This document shows, one piece after another, positions 47,245-56,143 of a DNA stretch of 64,000 bases (the first letter of the stretch is position 1; each line of letters starts with the position of its first letter). This DNA is from Methanobacteriota archaeon (GTDB taxonomy: Archaea > Thermoplasmatota > SW-10-69-26 > JACQPN01), in assembly GCA_016207515.1 (NCBI GenBank), contig JACQPN010000002.1, positions 12,350 to 76,349 on the forward strand, given 5' to 3'. The notes beneath the pieces were generated by a model. The model did not search any database and had not been told where the DNA came from. It saw nothing but the letters and a program-made list of their open reading frames with translations. Both the position numbers and the translations under genes were made by a program.

Positions 47245-48621
47245 TCAGGCCGTCGTCAACCGCGCGCCCGTGATGACGTGGCCATTCCCGTGTCTGGCGT
47301 TCCACACGGCAAAAGCGCCTTGACCTTCGGCAAGTGCCACGAGCCCCATGTAGTCGCCCGTCGTTCGAGTCGTGCCTTCGTGCGCGTCGAGCGTGATGCG
47401 CTCCGACATGTTGCCATTCGCCGCGATGGCTACGGCCCGAAGGGTGGCGCTTAGTGTGGTCCCTTCGCCCATCGGGAACCAGTAGGTGACGATTGCGCTC
47501 CCGTCGCGCGTGGCCGCGAGAGCGGGCGATGTCCGGGCGGCGGCCTGCGTCGACTCGATTTCGATGGCTACGCTCCATGTTCGCCCGCCGTCGTCCGACC
47601 AGCGCAGCGTCACGATCTGCGGCACGTCGGGCTGTCCGTTCGTTTCGCCCGTCATCGGGTAGGCCATGTAGATTCGCTCGCCGGTCGGCCCCGGCCCGAT
47701 GGTCTTTGCGAGGACCGGGAATTTCGTCGTGCTGTCGATCGACGTGTTCGTCGTCCATGATGCGCCCCTGTCCGTGGAGACGGCTAAATGGATCTTAGCA
47801 TCGTCCGTCTCTCGGTACGAAACGACGCATGATCCGTCGTCGAGCACGAGCGGGAACGCCCCGGAGGAGACGCCCCGGTAGATTTCGCTCGGCGGCGACC
47901 ATGTCCGGCCGCCGTCTGTGGAACTCGCCGCATAGGTCTGCGTACAACCCTCGAAGCAAGCGGACGTCCGTTGCTCGTTGCGGTTCCACGCCATGAGGAC
48001 GGTACCGTCCGCGCCCGAGGCTAGCCATTGTTTGTCGAATTCGATGCGGCCTGCACCGTAGGCGGGCGAAACCGCGTCCGAGCCTTGCTGCAGGATGCTC
48101 GCCTCGGGGAAGCTTTGACCACCGTCCGAAGAGCGCCAAAGCGCGATCGAGGCTGCGGTCGAGGCGATGCCCCGCCCGTCCACGGATTCAAAATTGAAAA
48201 CGAGGGCGGTGTACAGGACGGTCCCATCGGCTAGGATGAGGACGGCCGGATCGTCCGCGTGGTCGTATGCGACGAGAGGATGGGTCGGCGGTGCGTCGCG
48301 TCCCATGGGAAGCCGCATCGTCGCCCAAGTGGCGCCACCGTCCTTGCTCACGTGCGCGAGCGGCCACGAGTACGGCTTGCCTTGCGCGTCGAACCCCTGG
48401 TCCATGCTGGCAGCGACGATCGTTTTCCCGTCCCGGGGGTCGGCCGCGACCGCGGGTTCCCAACGCGTGCCCTTGTCGATGACGACGGCGCACGGCGAGG
48501 GGCAGGAGAGGACAGGGCGGTGGTCTGGTTCCGGCTGCTGTTTCCGTGTTTGCTCGGCGCATCCGCTCACGACGACCAGTATGAGGACCACGAGTGTGAT
48601 CGGGGCACGCGGGCTCTGCAT
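47245..48621 (-). CDS. secreted lipoprotein with BNR/Asp-box repeats (sialidase-like beta-propeller), paralog of 28893..30878
   Basis: ORF 47245..48804; start ATG 48621 before signal/lipobox (VVVSGC); Asp-boxes SKDGGATW, SSDGGQSF, STDGGRTW, STDRGASW, SDDGGRTW. Confidence 0.8.
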   Translation of the reverse strand: MQSPRAPITLVVLILVVVSGCAEQTRKQQPEPDHRPVLSCPSPCAVVIDKGTRWEPAVAADPRDGKTIVAASMDQGFDAQGKPYSWPLAHVSKDGGATWATMRLPMGRDAPPTHPLVAYDHADDPAVLILADGTVLYTALVFNFESVDGRGIASTAASIALWRSSDGGQSFPEASILQQGSDAVSPAYGAGRIEFDKQWLASGADGTVLMAWNRNEQRTSACFEGCTQTYAASSTDGGRTWSPPSEIYRGVSSGAFPLVLDDGSCVVSYRETDDAKIHLAVSTDRGASWTTNTSIDSTTKFPVLAKTIGPGPTGERIYMAYPMTGETNGQPDVPQIVTLRWSDDGGRTWSVAIEIESTQAAARTSPALAATRDGSAIVTYWFPMGEGTTLSATLRAVAIAANGNMSERITLDAHEGTTRTTGDYMGLVALAEGQGAFAVWNARHGNGHVITGARLTTA

Positions 48622-48925
48622 CAATCCGGGGAGGCGTAGACAGCCCCCCTCCTTATCGGTTCCGCCAACGACGGTCACAACAGGCCCGCCGGGATAGGGG
48701 CCACCGACGATTGCCACCCTCTTCCACGAGCCGGTCGCGCGGGGCGAGCGCGAGACGCGACGAAGGTCACCCGCCCCGAGACCTCTCGACCTCGTTCCCA
48801 GCACCGCAGTGGTCGACAGCTCACAAGCGCTTCCTCTCGATTGCCCGGCTTCGCCTCGCAGCGTGTGAACTCCGGCGGTAGCGCTTTAACGGATTGTTCT
48901 ACTACTGAGCTCAAGGATCCGGGGG

Positions 48926-49282
48926 ATGGTCGTGACCGAACATCGAATCTTCTCCATGCCGTTTGCGCAAGTGTATCCGCTTTACATCCAGAAGGCCGAA
49001 CGCAAGGGACGCACGAAAGCGGAAGTCGACGAGATCATCGGCTGGCTTACGGGCTACACGTCGAAGGGCCTTCAGCGACAGCTTGACGCCCAAGCGGACT
49101 TCCGGACATTCTTCGCGGAAGCGCCGAAGATGAATCCGAACGCGTCCCGGATCAAGGGCGTGGTCTGTGGCGTGCGCGTCGAGATGATCAAAGATCCTCT
49201 TATGCGAAAGATCCGATGCCTGGACAAACTGGTCGACGAACTCGCCCGCGGCAAGGCCATGGACAAGATCCTGCGAAAGTAG
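48926..49282 (+). CDS. DUF2200-family protein
   Basis: 118 aa; [37 protein letters not shown] matches the DUF2200 signature. Confidence 0.7.
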   Translation: MVVTEHRIFSMPFAQVYPLYIQKAERKGRTKAEVDEIIGWLTGYTSKGLQRQLDAQADFRTFFAEAPKMNPNASRIKGVVCGVRVEMIKDPLMRKIRCLDKLVDELARGKAMDKILRK

Positions 49283-49589
49283 TTCGAGGCGTCCACGGGT
49301 TGCCGGTAGATGCGACGGGGCTTCGGCCGGTCTCTTGGCGGAGTAGTGCATTTCCACGCGGTCGGGCACGAGGTTTCGGTAAACCTGCCCGCCATTCGAG
49401 TGCCCCGCTCGCGCGTCCCGGCTCGCCATCCAAGGTGCGTGCGGTCAGTCGCCAAGCACTCGAGCGGCATGCGCAAGCAAGGCAAGACCACCAAACGCTT
49501 AAATAGAAGAGCTGCTTTACTGCGCCTTACTCGCGAGGCTTCCTATCTTAGGAAACCCCGCGTACCAAGAAGAATTTGGTGATTCAAAC

Positions 49590-51218
49590 ATGATGGCAGG
49601 AGGACAGCAGGTAATTATCCTAAAGGAAGGCACCCGCCGCGATCGCGGAAAGGGCGCACAGTCGAACAACATCCTCGCAGCTAAGGCTGTTGCAGAAGCG
49701 GTCCGCTCGACACTTGGGCCCAAGGGCATGGACAAGATGCTCGTCGATTCGATGGGCGACGTCGTCATCACGAACGACGGAGCGACGATCCTCAAAGAGA
49801 TCGACGTCGAGCACCCCACGGCGAAGATGATCGTGGAGGTCTCAAAGACCCAGGACGAGCAGTGCGGCGACGGCACGACCACAGCGGTCGTCCTCGCTGG
49901 TGAACTCCTCAAGCAGGCAGAAGACCTCATCGAGGACGTCCACCCGACGCTCATCACGGCCGGCTACAGGCTCGCAGCCGACAAGGCCATCAAGGTCTTG
50001 AACGACATCGCGAAGCCCGTGACGCTCTCCGACACCGCCACCCTAGTGCGCATCGCCCGCACCTCGATGGCGTCGAAGTCGACGAGCACCTACTCCGAGC
50101 ACCTCTCGACGATCGTCGTTGACGCGGTCACCGCGGTCGCAGAGAAGACCGGCAGCGAATGGAAGGTCGACAAGGACAACATCAAGATCGAGAAGAAACA
50201 CGGTGGCTCCATCGAAGACACCGAGCTCATCGAGGGCATAGTCCTCGACAAGGAGAGGGCCAACAGCAGGATGCCCTCGACCGTCGCGAGCCCGAAGATC
50301 GCCCTCATAAACGCCGCCCTCGAGATCAAGAAGACCGAGGTCGACGCGAAGATCGAGATAACGGACCCGAACCAGCTCCAGGCGTTCCTCGACGAGGAAG
50401 AGCACACCATCAAGAAGCTCGTCGACTCCGTCGTCGCGAGCAAGGCCAACGTCGTCTTCTGCCAGAAAGGTATAGACGACCTGGCGCTTCATTACCTCGC
50501 GAAGGCCGGCATCTACGCCGTCAAGTCCGTCAGCGAGAAGGACATGAAGAAGCTCGCAAGAGCGACTGGCGCGAAGATCGTCAACAACCTCAAGGACCTC
50601 ACCTCGAAGGACCTCGGCACCGCCGGGAACGTCGAGGAAAGGAAGATCGCCGATGAGGAGATGACCTTCGTGACGGGCTGCAAGGGTGCGAAGGCCGTGA
50701 CCATCCTGGTCCGCGGCGGCACCGAGCACGTCATCGACGAAGTCGAGAGGAACCTCGACGACGCCATCGGTGTCGTGCGCTCGGCCGTCGAGGACGGAAA
50801 GATCGTCGCCGGTGCAGGTGCCCCGGAGATCGAGGTCGCCCTCGCGCTTCGGAAGTACGCAAGCTCGGTCGGGGGCCGCGAACAGCTCGCCATCGAGCGC
50901 TTCGCATCCGCACTCGAGATAATCCCGAGGACACTCGCGGAGAACGCCGGTCTTGACGCGATAAACGCGCTCGTGGACCTTCGTCAGGCCCACGAGAAGA
51001 AGCAGACCTACGCCGGTCTCGATTTAGACACGGGCAAGGTCGTCGACGCGTGGAAGGCCAACATCCTTGAGCCTCTCCGTGTCAAGACCCAGGCCATCCA
51101 GTCCGCAACCGAGGTCGCGACGATGATCCTAAGGATCGACGACGTGATCGCGGCCAAGGCGTTCACCCCCCCGCCCCCGGGCGCGGGCGGCGAACACGGC
51201 GGGATGGGCGATTACTGA
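49590..51218 (+). CDS. ths: thermosome subunit (group II chaperonin)
   Basis: 542 aa; [34 protein letters not shown]-terminal GGM-like tail. Confidence 0.95.
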   Translation: MMAGGQQVIILKEGTRRDRGKGAQSNNILAAKAVAEAVRSTLGPKGMDKMLVDSMGDVVITNDGATILKEIDVEHPTAKMIVEVSKTQDEQCGDGTTTAVVLAGELLKQAEDLIEDVHPTLITAGYRLAADKAIKVLNDIAKPVTLSDTATLVRIARTSMASKSTSTYSEHLSTIVVDAVTAVAEKTGSEWKVDKDNIKIEKKHGGSIEDTELIEGIVLDKERANSRMPSTVASPKIALINAALEIKKTEVDAKIEITDPNQLQAFLDEEEHTIKKLVDSVVASKANVVFCQKGIDDLALHYLAKAGIYAVKSVSEKDMKKLARATGAKIVNNLKDLTSKDLGTAGNVEERKIADEEMTFVTGCKGAKAVTILVRGGTEHVIDEVERNLDDAIGVVRSAVEDGKIVAGAGAPEIEVALALRKYASSVGGREQLAIERFASALEIIPRTLAENAGLDAINALVDLRQAHEKKQTYAGLDLDTGKVVDAWKANILEPLRVKTQAIQSATEVATMILRIDDVIAAKAFTPPPPGAGGEHGGMGDY

Positions 51219-51822
51219 GCATCGACCCAGGTTCCAAAACCAGGCGGGTTCCGGATGAGGGGCCCGCCATTATTCTTTTTTCTCCCATGATTGATGCCTG
51301 TGAGTGCCCTGAGTGTAGGTCGTGCGGGGGGCGCCCTGAAATAGCCCTGACGTCAATTCATTGTGATTCGCATTCAGAGCCGTTCGTCCGCTTTTCAGGT
51401 CAAGTCCTTCACTTTTGCAAGCCGTGCTTTGCGAATCATCTGACGGCCGTGCAATCACGCTCGTCGATTTGTTGTGCCAACGATTTGGTGCACCTCTCGT
51501 CGCACCGATTCGTCAACGCGAGCGGCGTTGAATATTTTCTCCGCTGACGCTGGTCCGTCTTCGAAAACGTGGCGGAACCCGCTGAAGGATTCGGGTTTTC
51601 CACCTTGGTGGTATGGGAACCTGGGGTGCGGAGTATCGGCATAGAATAGTAACAAGCACGAGGCCCGATCCGTCGCCGTTATTATGTGAAGGTCACCGGC
51701 ATTTCCAGAGCCGAAGGACGGCCATGACGTTTCAAGGGGTGAGGGGTGCAAACGATTTGGTGCCAAAAGGCGCCGTTACAAGCCTTTATGGCTCCCGTCC
51801 AGGTTCAGGTCTCGGTGACCGA

Positions 51823-52149
51823 ATGAACCACTACGTTTTGCTAATGACGCTCGTTGTAGTATGCGCTGGATTTTTGTCGGGGTGCGTGAGCCCAATCAGG
51901 GCTGGTGACCAATTGCCGCTTGGCGGAGGAATGAGTGCCGCGACAATTCCGCAGCCAAATTGTGGCGGCGCTCGATTTGCGGTTGTGGAAACCTTCGAGT
52001 TGGATCATCCAGGGTATCCAATTGAGAGTGTTAACAGTACGCTCAATGGAATGGCCGACAGGGGCTTCGTCCTGATAGCGATGACCGAGGTCGCGGGGGG
52101 GGATGGCTCAGGTCACCATTACTCCATGGTTTTCCAGTGTGCAAGATAG
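51823..52149 (+). CDS. hypothetical small lipoprotein
   Basis: In frame of ORF 51613..52149; MNHYVLLMTLVVVCAGFLSGC signal/lipobox; lies in lower-G+C segment. Confidence 0.35.
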   Translation: MNHYVLLMTLVVVCAGFLSGCVSPIRAGDQLPLGGGMSAATIPQPNCGGARFAVVETFELDHPGYPIESVNSTLNGMADRGFVLIAMTEVAGGDGSGHHYSMVFQCAR

Positions 52150-52300
52150 GCTGCGAGGAACGGCATCTTGCAAGGCCCCAACGGCAACTGGGGTCCTCCA
52201 GCGACACCTTAGCCCCACCGACGCCGTCCAACTCGTCTACCAACTCTACGGCCTCACGGAAGATGAAATCAAGGTCGTAGAGGCCGCCTCATCGCGATGA
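52103..52300 (+). pseudogene. remnant: 3' end of a restriction-modification-type DNA methyltransferase gene
   Basis: C-terminal peptide ...PTDAVQLVYQLYGLTEDEIKVVEAA* resembles the conserved C-terminus (LVYELYGLTEEEI.IVE) of N6-adenine MTases of type IIG RM / BREX PglX type; no upstream catalytic domain present. Confidence 0.4.
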
Positions 52301-52801
52301 GCGGTTCCTGATCGGCGCCCCGCCCACCGTGTACCGTTCGGCATCTCTCGTCTTCGTGACCTTCTTGAGGGTGAACTTCCCGAGGTTGGGAGTGTACGCC
52401 ATCCTGAAGCTCACGTCGAAGAGATGAAACAAGGGTTCTCGACCGATCAACGGGAGCGATGGAAAGCCGGGTTGGTTCAATGGGATTTGGAAGGGCGCTT
52501 CGAATGACTCGCGTCGCCCCGTTTGTTCGAGGGTCACGGTGAGGCGTGCGACACCTATTTCGAAGCTGTTCGCGACCGACATGGCCCGATCGACGGGTAG
52601 TTTTTCCACGTCAATGCCGAGGAGGCCCTCCGCCATTTCTCGGGGGATCATGGAAAAATCCGCTCCCGAATCAAGGAGGAGGTCGGTGAGGAACCTACGA
52701 TTGCCAAGCGCGAGGCGGCATGCCATGACCGGTCTCTGAATGACTCCACCTCGGCCGATGGGGTACGCCTTGAAGGCGTACGAAAAATTCACATCGGCCA
52801 A
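52289..52801 (-). CDS. retropepsin-like aspartic protease (clan AA)
   Basis: 170 aa; DSGAD catalytic motif (LLLDSGADFSMIP). Confidence 0.7.
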   Translation of the reverse strand: MADVNFSYAFKAYPIGRGGVIQRPVMACRLALGNRRFLTDLLLDSGADFSMIPREMAEGLLGIDVEKLPVDRAMSVANSFEIGVARLTVTLEQTGRRESFEAPFQIPLNQPGFPSLPLIGREPLFHLFDVSFRMAYTPNLGKFTLKKVTKTRDAERYTVGGAPIRNRSSR

Positions 52802-52804
52802 AGG

Positions 52805-53014
52805 TTACACCGTGATGTAGCCTTCAGGGACCATCACGACGTAGGGTTCCTTGCCTGGCGCTTTTTCTTGAGTCGCCCGAATGACGTCCTGGAGACTCTT
52901 GTCGACGGCGATAATCTCCTGGTCGACTACGGACACCCACTTTCCAACGAATTGACGGAGGTTCTGTTTCGCGAACCATTCGCTGTTCTTTTCGAGGGAA
53001 CTCTCGTCTTCCAT
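52805..53014 (-). CDS. small DUF5678-like protein paired with the retropepsin-like protease
   Basis: 69 aa; FVGKWVSVVDQEIIAVDKSLQDVI; directly upstream of and co-oriented with the protease. Confidence 0.5.
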   Translation of the reverse strand: MEDESSLEKNSEWFAKQNLRQFVGKWVSVVDQEIIAVDKSLQDVIRATQEKAPGKEPYVVMVPEGYITV

Positions 53015-53188
53015 CGGTGCGTCTCCTGGTGGTGCCCATGGCGGCGACCGTTATATAAGTCTGTTCCCGGAGCCGTTAAACGTTTCCGCGAAGCGCCTTC
53101 CGGGGGCGTCGCGTGCAAGAGAAGGAAAAAAATCGGCGGGTCCGCACGGGAACCCGCCACCAAACTTTTTCTGGCGCCCTTTTCGGTC

Positions 53189-53485
53189 TTAGACGCCGCC
53201 CCGTTTCGTGGTCGTGCGCGCTTCGATGAAGTCGCCGACCCAGACGCCGGCGATGAACAGTATCGTGAGGATCACGATGCTGACTATCGTTCCAGCGACG
53301 TCGTTCGCGAAACCTAGCGGGCTCGTGGAGGTCGTGTAACCGAGCACCGCGAACAGGACGCCGACGACGGCCCCGATGAGGAGGCCCATCTTCAGCATGT
53401 TCGTCTTGTTCTGCGTTCCCGGTGTCCACCAACCGTAGATGAGGCCGCCTAAGAATATCAGGAGGCCCCATGGGAGGTCTGCCAT
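53189..53485 (-). CDS. small membrane protein (3 TM)
   Basis: 98 aa, three hydrophobic helices. Confidence 0.5.
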   Translation of the reverse strand: MADLPWGLLIFLGGLIYGWWTPGTQNKTNMLKMGLLIGAVVGVLFAVLGYTTSTSPLGFANDVAGTIVSIVILTILFIAGVWVGDFIEARTTTKRGGV

Positions 53486-53709
53486 CAGATCACCACAGGC
53501 CGTTCGGCTCCCATGTGTAATAACGTTGGCCCTCCATACGGCGAAAGGCTGCAGCCCCTCCCGGCTTGATGCCGTTCACGATGACTTCAATCCGGTGATG
53601 CGACGGTCGGCCTTCGTCGATTGTCGTGTTCGGTTTCTTTGTAACGAGTGGTTGGATGCCTCGTCGCCCCTGTCTCCGTCGCGTTCTCCCTCGATGGCCA
53701 GGCAGGCCG

Positions 53710-54537
53710 TCACGACGAAAACGCGACGCCCGTTCCTTCGAACGCCTCCCTGAGTTTTTCCGCCATCTTGCGATACGTGGAACCATCCGTGACGAGCGCC
53801 GCCGTATTCTCGAACTTCGTGCCCCGCGTGCGCGCCGTGAGGACGGGAACCACATTCGGGAGATAATTCCAACCCGAGAAGCAGACCCGCCTCACGCCGG
53901 CCTCCACCATCGCATGTGCAATGTCCGTCTCATCCAACCCGCCGGTCAGCGGATAGGCCGGCATCAGGTTCGCGTAAGTCTCGACACCTGCGTCGGCAAG
54001 GAAGCGAAGCGCCTTGAGTCGCCCCTCGATCGGCGGGGCCCGGGGCTCGATCACGGCGCGTGCCTCGTCGTCAAGTGTCGGCACGCTGAGCCCGACCGCG
54101 ATGTCCGAGAACCTCCGGAAGAGATCGGTGTCGCGACGTACGAGAGGGCTACGTGTGAGTACGCGGAGGGGCCAGTGGTTGCGAAGGAGGATTTCGAGGC
54201 AGCGCCGTGTCATGCGCGCTTCGCTTTCAATCGGCTGGTAGGGGTCCGTCGCGGACGATAGGAAGACCTGGTCCTTGTCGAGCGTCTTGAGTTCTCGCGC
54301 AAGGACGGTCGGCAGGTTGCGTTTCACCACGACGTAGGAACCCCATTTCGGTCGCTCGAGGTGTGCCACGTCCGGCACGTAGCAGTAAGTGCACGCGTGA
54401 GAGCACCCCAGGTACGGGTTCAACGCCCAATGGTCGTACGGGTGGGGCATCCGGTTGAGGGCGCGCTTCACTTCCACCTCGCGCACCTCCGTCGAGCCGA
54501 ATTCGGCCGGCGTGACGAGTTCGTCCCGCGCCATCAT
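53710..54537 (-). CDS. radical SAM domain protein (spore-photoproduct-lyase/DNA-photolyase-like family)
   Basis: ORF 53710..54651; CxxxCxxC cluster (CSHACTYC); start uncertain (ATG 54537 chosen). Confidence 0.75.
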   Translation of the reverse strand: MMARDELVTPAEFGSTEVREVEVKRALNRMPHPYDHWALNPYLGCSHACTYCYVPDVAHLERPKWGSYVVVKRNLPTVLARELKTLDKDQVFLSSATDPYQPIESEARMTRRCLEILLRNHWPLRVLTRSPLVRRDTDLFRRFSDIAVGLSVPTLDDEARAVIEPRAPPIEGRLKALRFLADAGVETYANLMPAYPLTGGLDETDIAHAMVEAGVRRVCFSGWNYLPNVVPVLTARTRGTKFENTAALVTDGSTYRKMAEKLREAFEGTGVAFSS

Positions 54538-54998
54538 GGCCTGGCAGAACGCCTCGATGGAAGTCTGGGAAGGCCGATGGGCGCGTCCGAGCACGCTGTG
54601 AAGGGAATCATCCACTACGCGAAGTCCAGCGGAGGCGGGCACACGGGACACGAAGTCACTGGGGAAGAAGTGTCCACGCTTGGGGTGCCCGAAGCTGCAT
54701 CAAAGGGGGCAGGAGGGCGGCGGCCGTTTGGCGAACTGGGCCGCCGCCCATCCGTTCAAAGTTACGCTGTTGCCGATCCCCCCGAGGAGGTTTTCTGAAT
54801 CTTCGCCACGGCAGATGTGACCAAGGCACGCCCCGTCGGATGAAGAGGCGAAGCGCGTGGACCTGCTGCCGCAGGGGAAAGGCTACCTTTCAAGAGCGCG
54901 CCACCCACGCCGAAGGGCGCCCCTGATGCCTTCTGAGGCCCAGCAAAGGTTAATAAGGGGTTCAGGATTAACCGGGCATGCCCGCCGCGGTGCTCCTT

Positions 54999-55304
54999 AT
55001 GGCCGAGTCCACACCATCTCAAAGTGATTTCACGCGGTTCGAGAAGGCGCGCGTCATTGGTGCCCGTGCACTACAGATCGCGCTCGGCGCTCCGACGCTG
55101 CTTGATACGACCGACTTTGACCCCGTCAGACTCTCGCACATGGAATTCAACGAGGGCATCATCCCGATAACGGTCGTCCGCCAGCCGCGCGTCAGCAAGT
55201 TCCGGCGGCCGGTGCGGGTCGCCCGCACGGGGATCGCGGCCGACCTCGACCTCGTCGAGGAAGATGAGCCGGCGCAGGATTGGCCCGAGGCCGGGGAACA
55301 TTAG
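54999..55304 (+). CDS. rpoK: DNA-directed RNA polymerase subunit K (Rpo6/omega homolog)
   Basis: FEKARVIGARALQIALGAP core motif; acidic C-terminal extension. Confidence 0.8.
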   Translation: MAESTPSQSDFTRFEKARVIGARALQIALGAPTLLDTTDFDPVRLSHMEFNEGIIPITVVRQPRVSKFRRPVRVARTGIAADLDLVEEDEPAQDWPEAGEH

Positions 55305-55461
55305 AGAGGCGGCGCCAAGGGCGATTCGGGACCACGGTGACCATTCCCGACAGGAATTCCCTGTTGAACAAGCGCCGCGAGTGAAAGTCGACCCCGTCCC
55401 GTTTTCAAGGCCCATGTTTTCCGCAAGGCACATATCCAGCTAAAGCGGCTAGCGCGTCCCG

Positions 55462-55827
55462 ATGCGTCTGAACCTGAAGCCGTACAGGATCTACGTCTCG
55501 GGGTTCATGGCGATCGTCGGCTCGCCGGTCCTTATCATCGGTTTTCCCGCGTATTTCTGGTTCGTCGACAAGAGCCCCGATCCCCAGAACCTTAAGCTCT
55601 TCTTCGGGGGCATCGGGCTCATGGTGGGCGTCCTCGTCCTTGTCATGTACGGCCCGAACTTCCACGCCCTTTGGAGGAAACGGCTGCGTTTCCGGGAGTT
55701 GACCTCGGGCGCCAAGAAATCTGATTTCCTGCGTAACATCCAGGAGTTGGACGAGATCGCAAGGACCTTGGGCGGGAGTTACCCCAGGCGTTTGCGTGAG
55801 ATGCGCGAGGGCCAGAAGAGGAAATAG
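55462..55827 (+). CDS. small membrane protein (2 TM) with basic C-terminal tail
   Basis: 121 aa, two hydrophobic helices. Confidence 0.5.
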   Translation: MRLNLKPYRIYVSGFMAIVGSPVLIIGFPAYFWFVDKSPDPQNLKLFFGGIGLMVGVLVLVMYGPNFHALWRKRLRFRELTSGAKKSDFLRNIQELDEIARTLGGSYPRRLREMREGQKRK

Positions 55828-55861
55828 GTCAACGGACAAGCGAGCGGTTGGTTGGTTCGAG

Positions 55862-55955
55862 TGGCCGGGTGTTCGGTGCGGGTGCGCGGTGTTCGGTTCG
55901 AGTGAGGGGCGCTTCGGTTCGAGCGAGCGGACGTTCGGCGCGAACCAGCGCGAAT
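55862..55955 (+). repeat. five degenerate ~14-nt direct repeats with ~20-bp periodicity upstream of mcm
   Basis: ggttcgagtg / gttcggtgcgggtg / gttcggttcgagtg / cttcggttcgagcg / gttcggcgcgaac. Confidence 0.5.
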
Positions 55956-56143
55956 CCGCCGAAACTATCGGCGACCCCCGAATCCAAGGCCTAAATGGCG
56001 CGTTGCCACATCAATAGTGCAACGCGTCCTGACACCCCATGGTTTCCACTCCAATAACGGGTAACGACTTTCTCCTTACGGAGTGAGCCGGCCACAAGTT
56101 TGCGTTGCTCGTGCAGGTTCATCAGGAAGCGCACCCTACTCCC

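Noticed and set aside
55796-56017. 73-aa ORF covering the direct repeats upstream of mcm
   Set aside because: The peptide is just the translation of the DNA repeats (FGSSEGRFGSSERTFG); more plausibly a non-coding regulatory repeat region.
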